Positions 18,019-27,876 of a stretch of 64,000 nucleotides of DNA are shown here, one piece after another. The translations under genes were made by a program, and so were the position numbers. This DNA is from Bacteroidia bacterium (GTDB lineage Bacteria; Bacteroidota; Bacteroidia; NS11-12g; UBA955), in NCBI GenBank assembly GCA_023228875.1, contig JALOAG010000009.1, positions 22,362-86,361 of the forward strand. The letters run 5' to 3'. The notes under the pieces were generated by a model that was not told where the DNA came from, made no database searches, and was given only the letters and a program-made list of their open reading frames with translations. How positions within the stretch are numbered: the stretch's first letter is position 1; every line of letters begins with the position of its first letter.

Positions 18019-21000
18019 ATGAGTAATAAAAATATACAAAAACAAGGGCTTACATTTGCCAGACACAACACCAAAGAGGATGTTTCTGTTTACGATTTAT
18101 TCAAATATGAATATAGAACATCAGAAATTAGAAATCCAAATGGAGATTTAGTTTTTCAAATGAAAAACGTAGAAGTTCCCGCAGGATGGAGCCAAGTTGC
18201 TACAGATATATTAGCACAAAAATATTTTCGCAAAAAAGGAGTGCCCCAACCCAATGGTACACTTGCCGGAGAAACCAGTGCAAAACAAACTGTACACAGA
18301 TTGGTTGACTGCTGGAAACAATGGGGTCAAACTTATGGTTACTTTGCCTCTGAGAATGATGCTCAAATATTCTATGATGAGTTAGTGTACTCATTGTTGG
18401 CTCAACAAGCTGCGCCTAACTCTCCTCAATGGTTTAACACAGGTTTATATACAGCATATTCTATCAAAGGAGAGCCTCAAGGACACTATTATGTAGATCC
18501 TAAAACTGAAAAATTAACACGTTCTACCAATGCCTATGAAAGACCACAACCACACGCTTGCTTTATTTTATCTGTGGATGATGATTTAGTAAACGAAGGT
18601 GGTATCATGGATTTGTGGGTGAGAGAAGCGCGTATTTTCAAATATGGTTCAGGTGTAGGAACTAACTACTCAAAAATTAGAGGAAGAAATGAAAACCTTT
18701 CTGGCGGTGGAACATCTTCAGGTTTAATGTCATTCTTAAAAATAGGAGACCGTGCTGCCGGTGCTATCAAGTCCGGTGGAACAACTCGCAGAGCAGCCAA
18801 AATGGTGTGTCTTGATTTAGATCACCCTGAAATAATGGACTTCATTAATTGGAAAAAGAATGAAGAGAAAAAAGTGGCTGCACTAATTGCTGCCGGCTAT
18901 CCTAGCGATTACGAAGGTGAGGCATATCAAACTGTGGCAGGACAAAACTCTAACAACTCTGTGCGTATTCCGGCTGCTTTCTTCAAAAAATTAGAAAAAG
19001 GTGAAAATTGGGACTTAATTGCCAGAACTGACGGCAGGGTGATGGATTCAATTCCTGCTCAAAAAATTTGGGACGATATTTCTTATGCTGCATGGGCTTG
19101 TGCTGACCCCGGAGTACAATATGATGACACAATCAATGATTGGCATACTTGTCCAGAAGGCGGTAGAATCAACGCTTCTAACCCATGTTCTGAATACATG
19201 TTCCTTGATAATACGGCTTGTAATCTTGCATCATTAAACCTAATGAAGTTTTTTGATACTGATACACTTGAGTTTGACGTAGCTTCTTATGAATACGCTT
19301 CCAGAATTTGGACAGTTGTATTAGAGATTTCTGTGTTGATGGCACAGTTCCCAAGCAAAGAAGTGGCTCAACTTTCTTATGATTACAGAACACTTGGTTT
19401 GGGTTATGCAAACTTAGGTACATTGTTAATGGTATCCGGAATTCCTTATGATAGCAAGAAAGCAACTGCAATTTGTGGTGCATTAACTTCTATTCTTACA
19501 GGTACTGCCTACGCTACATCTGCTGAAATGGCTGCTACATTGGGCACTTTCAGAATGTATGAAAAGAACAAAAAACACATGTTACGTGTGATAAGAAATC
19601 ACCGCTACGCTGCTTATAACACTCCTTTGGCATACGAAGGATTGAGCATTCCTGCAGTAGGTATTGACCCGCAATACTGCCCTGAAAACCTGCTTCAAGC
19701 AGCTTGTGACAGTTGGGATAAAGCACTTAAATTAGGTGAACAATACGGCTACAGAAATGCTCAAGTTACCGTAATTGCCCCTACAGGTACTATTGGACTT
19801 CTGATGGATTGTGACACCACAGGTATTGAACCAGATTTTGCAATGGTAAAATTTAAGAAATTATCCGGTGGCGGATATTTCAAAATTATCAATCAATCTA
19901 TTCCGCTGGCACTCAAAAACATGGGATATACCCCTGAGGAAGTAGATGAGATTGTTGCCTATGCAAAAGGGCATAGCACATTTGAAGGCTGTCCTCACAT
20001 TAACCCGACTACACTCAGAGCCAAAGGCTTTAATGATAATGACCTGAGAGCAATTGAACAAGGTGCACCAACAGCATTTGAAATTGGCTTTGTATTCAAC
20101 AAATCTATCTTAGGCGAAGAATCAATGCAAAGAATGGGATTCAAACCTGAGCAATACAATGCACCTAACTTCAATATGCTTAAAGCACTTGGATTTACTG
20201 CACAACAAATAGAAGAAGCCAACGAATACGTTTCCGGTACAATGACAATCGAAGGTGCACCTTTCCTAAAAGAAGAACATCTGCCTGTCTTTGACTGTGC
20301 AAACCGTTGTGGTGCAAAAGGACAAAGATACATTCACCCGCATGCCCATATTAGGATGATGGCAGCAGCTCAACCATTCCTCTCCGGTGCAATATCAAAA
20401 ACAATTAACCTTCCTAATGAAGCTACTGTAGATGATATTAAATCTTGCTACAAAATGAGCTGGGAACTTGGTGTGAAAGCCAATGCGCTGTATAGAGACG
20501 GATGTAAACTTTCTCAACCGCTGTCAAACAAATCTGATACAAAAGAAGAAAAAGTTGAGACAGCGAGTGATATGAACACACTCGTTGATAAAGCAGTAGG
20601 CGAAAATGGTGAAATTTCTATAGCTGAGCTTGCTCCGGACATTGTACTGAATGCAGCAAAACGCATTATTAGTATGTCAACCGATACTCAGTTCAAACGT
20701 CAGTTGAGTGATATTGTTGAAAGAAAGAAACTCCCAAGCAAACGAAGAGGATTTACCCAAAAAGTAAAAATTGAAGGAAACACCCTTTTTGTCAGAACAG
20801 GTGAATATGCTGACGGAACCTTAGGTGAAATCTTTGTTGATATGCATAAAGAAGGCGCATCTTTCCGTTCTTTAATGAACTGCTTTTCGATTGCTATTTC
20901 TATTGGATTGCAATATGGTGTTCCTTTAGATGAATATGTTGAAAAATTTACATTTACACGTTTTGAACCCGCAGGCAGAATTGAAGGACATGACAATATC

Positions 21001-21333
21001 AAACAAGCAACATCTGTTGTGGACTTTATCTTTAGAATGTTAGGGTTTGAATATTGTGATAGAGAAGATTTAGTACACGTTAAGCCGGAAAAAAGTGAGC
21101 AGAAACACCATCATATAGATAAAGAAGTAGGTAAACCTACTCAAACCCACAAGCATACACACACTGTTTCGGTTGAAAAGCATGAAAAGATTGAACACTC
21201 TTCAACTCATATTCACAACAAAATACCTGCGCAAGGTGATGCCCCAACTTGTAAGAATTGTGGTAACATGACAGTACGTAGCGGAACTTGCTACACTTGT
21301 TTGACTTGTGGCAGTACCACAGGTTGTTCATAA
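18019..21333 (+). CDS. nrdJ: Adenosylcobalamin-dependent ribonucleotide reductase (class II)
   Basis: About 1100 aa with the RNR catalytic core and a His-rich linker. The C-terminal CxxC...CxxC zinc ribbon (CKNCGNMTVRSGTCYTCLTCG) is typical of NrdJ. ATG at 18019 (the track start at 18013 is TTG). Confidence 0.9.
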   Translation: MSNKNIQKQGLTFARHNTKEDVSVYDLFKYEYRTSEIRNPNGDLVFQMKNVEVPAGWSQVATDILAQKYFRKKGVPQPNGTLAGETSAKQTVHRLVDCWKQWGQTYGYFASENDAQIFYDELVYSLLAQQAAPNSPQWFNTGLYTAYSIKGEPQGHYYVDPKTEKLTRSTNAYERPQPHACFILSVDDDLVNEGGIMDLWVREARIFKYGSGVGTNYSKIRGRNENLSGGGTSSGLMSFLKIGDRAAGAIKSGGTTRRAAKMVCLDLDHPEIMDFINWKKNEEKKVAALIAAGYPSDYEGEAYQTVAGQNSNNSVRIPAAFFKKLEKGENWDLIARTDGRVMDSIPAQKIWDDISYAAWACADPGVQYDDTINDWHTCPEGGRINASNPCSEYMFLDNTACNLASLNLMKFFDTDTLEFDVASYEYASRIWTVVLEISVLMAQFPSKEVAQLSYDYRTLGLGYANLGTLLMVSGIPYDSKKATAICGALTSILTGTAYATSAEMAATLGTFRMYEKNKKHMLRVIRNHRYAAYNTPLAYEGLSIPAVGIDPQYCPENLLQAACDSWDKALKLGEQYGYRNAQVTVIAPTGTIGLLMDCDTTGIEPDFAMVKFKKLSGGGYFKIINQSIPLALKNMGYTPEEVDEIVAYAKGHSTFEGCPHINPTTLRAKGFNDNDLRAIEQGAPTAFEIGFVFNKSILGEESMQRMGFKPEQYNAPNFNMLKALGFTAQQIEEANEYVSGTMTIEGAPFLKEEHLPVFDCANRCGAKGQRYIHPHAHIRMMAAAQPFLSGAISKTINLPNEATVDDIKSCYKMSWELGVKANALYRDGCKLSQPLSNKSDTKEEKVETASDMNTLVDKAVGENGEISIAELAPDIVLNAAKRIISMSTDTQFKRQLSDIVERKKLPSKRRGFTQKVKIEGNTLFVRTGEYADGTLGEIFVDMHKEGASFRSLMNCFSIAISIGLQYGVPLDEYVEKFTFTRFEPAGRIEGHDNIKQATSVVDFIFRMLGFEYCDREDLVHVKPEKSEQKHHHIDKEVGKPTQTHKHTHTVSVEKHEKIEHSSTHIHNKIPAQGDAPTCKNCGNMTVRSGTCYTCLTCGSTTGCS

Positions 21334-21366
21334 AGAACTTCTTTTCATAGCTGTTTTCCTTTAACA

Positions 21367-21407
21367 AAAGTCTGTTGAGATTAGTCTTGACAGACTTTGT
21401 TGTTTTT
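21367..21407 (+). terminator. Intrinsic terminator downstream of nrdJ
   Basis: AAAGTCTGT...ACAGACTTT hairpin followed by GTTGTTTTT. Confidence 0.5.
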
Positions 21408-21542
21408 AGCTGAGGACCATATAAAAGAATTTTGACTACAACCTCTAACACAATTTTTCGACTGTATAAATGAAAAGCATACATTTGAAAGTGTATTAAA
21501 TGTAAAATGTGAACCGTGTTCACGACTTAAATCAACATAAAA

Positions 21543-22850
21543 ATGAAAAAATATTTACTACTTATTATATATGTTTTTTCCATTACAGCCAAAGCCCAAA
21601 CACTTTATTTTCCTCCAACCTCAGGTACTGATTGGGATACCATTTCTCCCGCTTCGCTCGGCTGGTGTGAAGACAAGATAGACACCCTGTATGACTATTT
21701 GGAAGCCCGAAATTCAAAAGCATTTATACTGCTTAAAGACGGTAAAATTGTTATGGAGAAATACTTCGGCACATTTACTATGGATAGTGTTTGGTATTGG
21801 GCATCTGCGGGCAAAACACTCACTGCATTTACGGTGGGTATTGCACAACAAGAAGGATTTCTTGATATAAATGACCCGACCTCTCAATATCTTGGGGCAG
21901 GTTGGACAGTTTGCCCCCCGGCAAAAGAAGATTTAATCACAATTAAGCACCAACTTTCCATGACAAGTGGCTTAGATGATGGTGTGCCTGATAACCACTG
22001 TTTTGCCGACACCTGTCTCCAATACATTGCTGATGCAGGCACCCGATGGGCTTATCACAATGCACCCTATACCTTGCTTGACAGTGTTATTTATTATGCT
22101 ACCGGACAATCGCTCAATTCTTATGTAATGCAAAATATCGGAGTGCCTATCGGTATGACAGGAATGTTTGTTTATTCGAACAACAACAATGTATTTTACA
22201 GTAAACCAAGGAGTATGGCTCGTTTTGGACTATTGATTCTCAATCACGGGAACTGGAATGGCAACCAGATTTTGACCGATACGGAATACTTCAATCAAAT
22301 GGTAAATACTTCGCAAAATATCAACCAGTCCTATGGTTACTTGTGGTGGTTGAATGGAAAATCTTCTTACAGACTTCCAAATTTACAACTGCAATTTAAC
22401 GGATACCTCAATCCCAATGCACCTGCTGATATGTATGCAGCTTTGGGAAAAAATGGGCAATTCATAAATGTAGTGCCCAGCATGAATTTGACTTTTATAC
22501 GTATGGGCAATGCCCCTACAAGCAGTGCCGTACCTTTTACCATGAATGATACTATATGGCAAAAACTGATTGAAATAATGTGCAACAAAACTGCTGTTAC
22601 TCAAGTATCAGTTGAGAGAAATGCAGTATTACAAGTTTATCCAAACCCTGCACAGCATACTTTTACAATTGAATTGCCTAATAAAAGTTTTTCTCTTGAA
22701 GTTTTTGATATAACCGGACGTAAGATTTATGCTCAAGACAACATTTCAAACAGGACAGAAATTGATTGTAGCAATTTTTCAAGAGGCATATATAAAGTAC
22801 AAGTTACAGATAGTAAGAATAGTTACAATCAAAAACTAATAATCCAATGA
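21543..22850 (+). CDS. Beta-lactamase-family serine hydrolase with T9SS C-terminal sorting domain
   Basis: N-terminal signal peptide, an SxxK motif (WASAGKT), and a C-terminal ~80-aa Por-secretion tail (VYPNPAQHTFTIEL...GIYKVQV). Confidence 0.75.
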   Translation: MKKYLLLIIYVFSITAKAQTLYFPPTSGTDWDTISPASLGWCEDKIDTLYDYLEARNSKAFILLKDGKIVMEKYFGTFTMDSVWYWASAGKTLTAFTVGIAQQEGFLDINDPTSQYLGAGWTVCPPAKEDLITIKHQLSMTSGLDDGVPDNHCFADTCLQYIADAGTRWAYHNAPYTLLDSVIYYATGQSLNSYVMQNIGVPIGMTGMFVYSNNNNVFYSKPRSMARFGLLILNHGNWNGNQILTDTEYFNQMVNTSQNINQSYGYLWWLNGKSSYRLPNLQLQFNGYLNPNAPADMYAALGKNGQFINVVPSMNLTFIRMGNAPTSSAVPFTMNDTIWQKLIEIMCNKTAVTQVSVERNAVLQVYPNPAQHTFTIELPNKSFSLEVFDITGRKIYAQDNISNRTEIDCSNFSRGIYKVQVTDSKNSYNQKLIIQ

Positions 22851-23014
22851 AAAACAATCTGTAATAACTTGACTTTGATTGTGGTTGTAGCATATCTGTT
22901 ATGCTCACTTTCAAAACAACTTTTTTGGAATACAATTCTCATCTAAAATCTTACATTTGGACACAGAATGAGGTTGCTTGATGATTGCCATTGTGGGCAG
23001 CAGAATAACCCGAC

Positions 23015-23485
23015 TTGTATATAAAATCACTTCCGATGAAACAGTTTTTTACAGCATTATTTGAATACAGCCATTATTACAATCAACAAGTGTTTGATGT
23101 TATTAAAAACAACCCCGAAAAAGTCTCTGAAAAAGTTGTAAAGCTTATTAATCATGTTGTCAATGCTCATCATATTTGGAATTATCGAATAGAAAAGACA
23201 AAGCCTATAATTGGTGTATGGGAGTTGCACACTATAGCTGAATTAAAAACCATGAATCAAGAAAACTTTCAGCATACTTTGCAAATACTTAACAAAGCAG
23301 ACCTATGCGAGGTCATTCAATACACAAATAGCAAAGGAGAAGTTTTTAGTAATAGTATCAGGGATATACTTTTTCATGTTGTGAACCATTTTACTTACCA
23401 CCGAGGGCAAATAGTAACAGATTTAAAAAACCAAGGGGTAGAGCCTTTAGTTTCTGATTATATCTTTTACAAACGTCAAAAATGA
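23015..23485 (+). CDS. DinB-family (DinB_2/YfiT-like) protein
   Basis: A four-helix-bundle DinB-family protein (DinB_2/YfiT-like), 156 aa. Confidence 0.7.
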   Translation: MYIKSLPMKQFFTALFEYSHYYNQQVFDVIKNNPEKVSEKVVKLINHVVNAHHIWNYRIEKTKPIIGVWELHTIAELKTMNQENFQHTLQILNKADLCEVIQYTNSKGEVFSNSIRDILFHVVNHFTYHRGQIVTDLKNQGVEPLVSDYIFYKRQK

Positions 23486-24236
23486 TGTTTGAACAATCGA
23501 TTCGGATTATAGTTATAAGATTGCGAGCAAACCGTGTCTGAAGCTACACTACCTTAAGAGCACTAATGTCTAACTTTGTTCATAGGTATGACCATCAAGC
23601 GTAGTATAGGTTAAAACCGCTAAATATATACCCTGTTCACATGTGTATCGTCCTGAAAAAAGTTGACTCCAACACGAATTCAGATACAATAAAGGATTTT
23701 AAAGGTATTTTGAAATTGGTTTCTCCACAAAACTTTGGTTTCATTGAGTATGTCTTCATTGAACCGAAACTTATAGAAGAAAAAAAGTTAACTAAAGGAC
23801 AACTAGTCAATGGCAGAGCAATACTCTCATTCAACAAAAGGAAAAATGAGTAGTGATGGAGAGTTTTTATTATTTAATGTAGTCTGTGCATTGCTGTACT
23901 TTAATAGTTCTTGTATATAGATAAATAAAAGGCTGGTAAGTGTTTTTATAGTTTAGCAATTGTTAACTGCTCAGTGTTTAAAGACAACTTGTTTTAAGTT
24001 AAAGATTAACACGCAGTCAAAGATAAACGTTAATCAAATTTGTAATATTATCTTTTGATTATTTTACATGCAAATTTTGAGAATAGAAAAACAGAAAAAG
24101 CTATTTTTGGATCAATTTATTTATTTTAATCAGCCCGCTACCTTTTTGATTTTTAATATGATTGGAGAAGTAAGGTGTGCCAATTTGGCAAGGGTTGTCA
24201 TTAGGTATAGGTTTTGATTCAAACACTGATATTTTT

Positions 24237-24731
24237 ATGCGAATTAAACACGTAATTCTTTCAGCAGCATTATGCTTCACTACTTTTTTTATTTTGGGAT
24301 CATCTTCTTTGCAGGCTCAAGAACATTCACACCACGACAATCACAAAAATGAAATAGGAATTGCGCCCAATCCTGTGTATTTTCCGCATGAAAAAATTTG
24401 GGATTACGGGTTACATGTCCATTATATCCGTAAAATTAAAGAATCAAAATTTGGTGCAGGTATAGGATATGAGAGTATTTTTAATCATCACAAACACCAT
24501 ACTTTCAGTTTAGTTGGCAATTACCGTCCTATTGATAGGTATCAAATTGCACTTGCACCGGGGCTGACTTTTGAAGATAATCAGTTTAGTCAACCACAAT
24601 TTTCTTTTCATGTGGAAACTTCCTATGAATTTGAGTTTAAACATTTTCATTTAGGCCCTACTGTAGAGTTTGCTTTTGATTCAAACGAATATCACGTGAG
24701 CCTTGGGATACATATAGGTTTTGGGTTTTAG
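24237..24731 (+). CDS. His-rich secreted small beta-barrel-like protein (hypothetical)
   Basis: ATG 24237 gives a signal peptide (MRIKHVILSAALCFTTFFILGSSSLQAQ). The protein has many His clusters and alternating amphipathic strands, and ends in GFGF like an OM barrel. Confidence 0.45.
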   Translation: MRIKHVILSAALCFTTFFILGSSSLQAQEHSHHDNHKNEIGIAPNPVYFPHEKIWDYGLHVHYIRKIKESKFGAGIGYESIFNHHKHHTFSLVGNYRPIDRYQIALAPGLTFEDNQFSQPQFSFHVETSYEFEFKHFHLGPTVEFAFDSNEYHVSLGIHIGFGF

Positions 24732-24759
24732 TGCTGCACAGTACAGCAAAAGCATCCAC

Positions 24760-25740
24760 TTAAGTGTGGGACAATAATTGTTTTAATTTTTTTCTATCCG
24801 GTTTACCGTTATTTGTGTGAGGAATATCAGTAACCAATATAATCTCCAACGGATTATGATATTTTGGCAGTTGTTTTTTAAGGGTTTGCAGCGTGTTCAG
24901 GGGAAGCTTGGTGTCTTGGTTGCACACCATTACTACCTTTTCGCCAAGACGACTGTCGGGCTTGCTGCTAATGACAAAAGCAAATGGTACGATACGGCTT
25001 TCAGCAATGAGTTTTTCAACCCTTTCAGGCAAGATTTTTATACCACCACTATTGATAACAAAATCAGCTCTTCCGAGAATTTCAAAAGAACCATCCGGAT
25101 AAATATGGGCTAAATCAGTAGTGTCTATCAATGCAGAAAATTGGGTTTGAATTTGCAAACAAGTGGATTCATTCAATTGCACTTTGACATTGGGTAAAGG
25201 ATAAAATCGTTTTTGAGCTTTTGCTCCATTGAGCCTTCGGAGTGCAATATGCGAATAAGTTTCCGTCATTGCATAAGTGTGATAAATGGCAGGTCTTAAT
25301 GTTTGTAGTGCTGCTACTACATTGTCGTCAATGGGTCCGCCACCAATCAGAATATGTGAGAATCGGTTGAGTTTTTGCACAGATTCAAGGTTTTCTAAAA
25401 TCGCTTTGAGTTGCAGCGGCACTAAGCTAATAAATGTACAATCATGATTAAAAACCAGATTTGTCATGGGATCAGAAGAAGGCTCTGCATATTCAAAACC
25501 AAGTCCAAGTACTCTTGCACGCACCATCATCATGAAACCACCCACTTTGTCAGTTGGAATACAACAAAAGATTTTGCCGGAAGTGATGCCTAATGTTTGT
25601 TGTGTTTGCTTCGCGCTGTATTCAAGCCATTTTTTCTCAAGTAAGATCGGTTTAGGTTCTCCTGTAGAACCGGAGGTTTTGAGCTGAAACCCTGTCATGG
25701 TTTCATCGTCCCAAAGTTTGCAAAATTCAACGTAGTTCAT
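24760..25740 (-). CDS. AMP-binding enzyme, o-succinylbenzoate--CoA ligase-like
   Basis: It has the TSGSTGEPK adenylation motif and the short length typical of Bacteroidota MenE. It overlaps polX by 4 bp. Confidence 0.65.
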   Translation of the reverse strand: MNYVEFCKLWDDETMTGFQLKTSGSTGEPKPILLEKKWLEYSAKQTQQTLGITSGKIFCCIPTDKVGGFMMMVRARVLGLGFEYAEPSSDPMTNLVFNHDCTFISLVPLQLKAILENLESVQKLNRFSHILIGGGPIDDNVVAALQTLRPAIYHTYAMTETYSHIALRRLNGAKAQKRFYPLPNVKVQLNESTCLQIQTQFSALIDTTDLAHIYPDGSFEILGRADFVINSGGIKILPERVEKLIAESRIVPFAFVISSKPDSRLGEKVVMVCNQDTKLPLNTLQTLKKQLPKYHNPLEIILVTDIPHTNNGKPDRKKLKQLLSHT

Positions 25741-27404
25741 ATACCTTTACTTTGTCTTATACGGGATAAAAACTGTTCAAACTCTGCAAGACTCAAACTG
25801 TTTAACACAAATTCCTTTTGAAGATTTGACTTGCGAGCAACATTAACGCCATATTGCATGTCAGTCAGTCCTTTCAAATTGTGTGCATCAGGGTTAATAG
25901 CAATAGTTACTCCTTTGCTCACAGCATAGTCAAGCCATCGCCAGTCGATATCAAGTCTGTGGGGATTGGCATTTAACTCTATGACAACTTGGTTGGCTGC
26001 ACAGATATCTATCAATTCTTTATGATTGACAGGATACCCTTTTCTGCTCAACAAAAGTCGTCCTGTTGGATGTCCAAGAATCGTTGTGTAGGGATTCTCT
26101 ATAGCGGCAGTTAATCTTTGCATGGCTCGTTCTTCATCCATATTCAAGTTGCTGTGTACCGATGCAACCACAAGGTCAAATTGAGCTAAAATTTCTGTGG
26201 GGTAATCAAGGCTGCCATCGCCCAAAATATCGCTTTCTATTCCCTTGAAAATTTTAAACGGAGCCAGTTCAACATTAAGTTTGTCAATCTCATTAAACTG
26301 CTGCAAGACCCTGTCAATGGACAAACCTCCAGCATAAGCTGCTGTTTGTGAATGATCGCAAATGGCTATGTACTCCCAGCCTTTTGCAATGCAAAATTCA
26401 GCCATTTCTCTCACCGTATTTCTACCATCTGACCACTGAGTGTGGTTGTGTAACACCCCTTTTACATCGGAGTATGAAACTGCTTCCGGTATGATTCCTT
26501 GGCGAGCTAATTCTATTTCATTCAATCCTTCCCTCAGTTCAGGACGTATGAAGTGCAATCCATTCTCTTGATAAATTTCTTCTTCGGTTGATGCATGTTC
26601 CCGAATCATTGTAATCTTGGACAAATGCGCTGCAGATGCACTCGTCCTGAATAAGGTTGAAGCAAAATTATTTGCGTTGGCAATATGTAAGACAAATTCA
26701 AATCCGGGTTTAAGTTCATAGTTTAATTGGGACGGAGACTCTTCTTTGATTTGCAAACCCAAACCGGACAGTTCTTGTTTCAGTTGTTCAAGGTTGTTAC
26801 ATACCACAACAAACTCTAATTTACTGATGATTTCGCATAGTCTTCTGTATGCTCCGCTATATTCAACGCGGCTGATACACGCAAGGTTGCTGATAAAATC
26901 AAAAAGTTGTGCTGCTGTTGGTTGCAGGGCTGAAAATAAGATTTTGCCTAAGTTCAACTCTCTGAATTCCAATTCTTTGACAATATTCTGTTGTGATTTT
27001 TCTCCGAATCCTTTGAGTGAAATCAGTCTGTTTTCTTTGCAAGCATAGAGAAGTTCTCCCGGAGATTCAACCCCGAGTTGTGTCCACAGTTCTCTGACTT
27101 TTTTTGCACCAAGCCCGCGAACACTAAGTAACTCAATAAGACCTGCAGGAGTTTTTGCTATCAATTTGTCAAGATCGGCAAAACTGCCTTTTAGCAGTAT
27201 TTCTGGAATTTTTTCAGCAAGCGATTTCCCCAATGCGGGATGAGACACGATTTGTTCTTCGTCCATGTCTGCAATACGCTCATTTAGTTTTTTAAATTTA
27301 AAGGGTGCATTCAGGTAATTGGCAGCCCTAAAAGCGTTTTCGCCATGCAGTTCAAGTAATTTACCATAAAGAGCAAAGATTTCTCCTATCTCAAGATTTT
27401 CCAT
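25737..27404 (-). CDS. polX: PolX-family DNA polymerase/3'-5' exonuclease (Pol-beta-like plus PHP domain)
   Basis: N-terminal HhH plus nucleotidyltransferase domain, and a C-terminal PHP domain (HNHTQWSDG...CDH). Confidence 0.85.
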   Translation of the reverse strand: MENLEIGEIFALYGKLLELHGENAFRAANYLNAPFKFKKLNERIADMDEEQIVSHPALGKSLAEKIPEILLKGSFADLDKLIAKTPAGLIELLSVRGLGAKKVRELWTQLGVESPGELLYACKENRLISLKGFGEKSQQNIVKELEFRELNLGKILFSALQPTAAQLFDFISNLACISRVEYSGAYRRLCEIISKLEFVVVCNNLEQLKQELSGLGLQIKEESPSQLNYELKPGFEFVLHIANANNFASTLFRTSASAAHLSKITMIREHASTEEEIYQENGLHFIRPELREGLNEIELARQGIIPEAVSYSDVKGVLHNHTQWSDGRNTVREMAEFCIAKGWEYIAICDHSQTAAYAGGLSIDRVLQQFNEIDKLNVELAPFKIFKGIESDILGDGSLDYPTEILAQFDLVVASVHSNLNMDEERAMQRLTAAIENPYTTILGHPTGRLLLSRKGYPVNHKELIDICAANQVVIELNANPHRLDIDWRWLDYAVSKGVTIAINPDAHNLKGLTDMQYGVNVARKSNLQKEFVLNSLSLAEFEQFLSRIRQSKGI

Positions 27405-27544
27405 GAATGCTGCGAAGGTAAGGGTGATTTACCAATAATAGTTGACGCTGAAAGAGGGATTAATGTTTGTAAAGAGAACAGCAAAAGGAAACAAGGCGGC
27501 TAACAGATTTAGTCGTAAACGAACAAATCGGATAAAGATTCATT

Positions 27545-27778
27545 CTAAGACATCTCGAGTGAAGAAGAGCTGGCTTCTTCATTCAAAATTTTGAGAATTG
27601 TTTCATTTGGCTCGTACTTTAATTCATTCAATAAATCAATAGTAGCAAGCAGTTCGGAAAGCTCATCACGCAACTCTTTACTTTTTTCAAGGGTTTGCAA
27701 AATCTGAATATTCTCTTCTTGTGATGTTTCCTGGTAAACGAATCTAATTAAATCTTCTTGAGTAAATTTTATATCCAT
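27545..27778 (-). CDS. Small acidic protein downstream of the ECF sigma (possible atypical anti-sigma/partner)
   Basis: About 78 aa from ATG 27778, with no TM segment, co-directional with and 98 bp downstream of the sigma gene. Confidence 0.35.
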   Translation of the reverse strand: MDIKFTQEDLIRFVYQETSQEENIQILQTLEKSKELRDELSELLATIDLLNELKYEPNETILKILNEEASSSSLEMS

Positions 27779-27876
27779 AGTGTCATCATTTATAATCCAA
27801 TAAACAATCACAAAACGAAACTAATTCGTTCTTTATTGCTTAAATTTTAAATAATTTATGATGAGTGTTTTTTGAC

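Noticed and set aside
21137-21523. 128-aa minus-strand ORF spanning the nrdJ 3' end and its terminator
   Set aside because: It overlaps the nrdJ zinc-ribbon coding region and the terminator hairpin. Its low-complexity K/H/Y-rich translation mirrors the His-rich nrdJ codons.
23637-23853. Two mutually antisense 66/70-aa ORFs in the long gap before the His-rich protein gene
   Set aside because: Neither has recognisable features, and at most one can be real. They are mentioned in a finding but not called as features.
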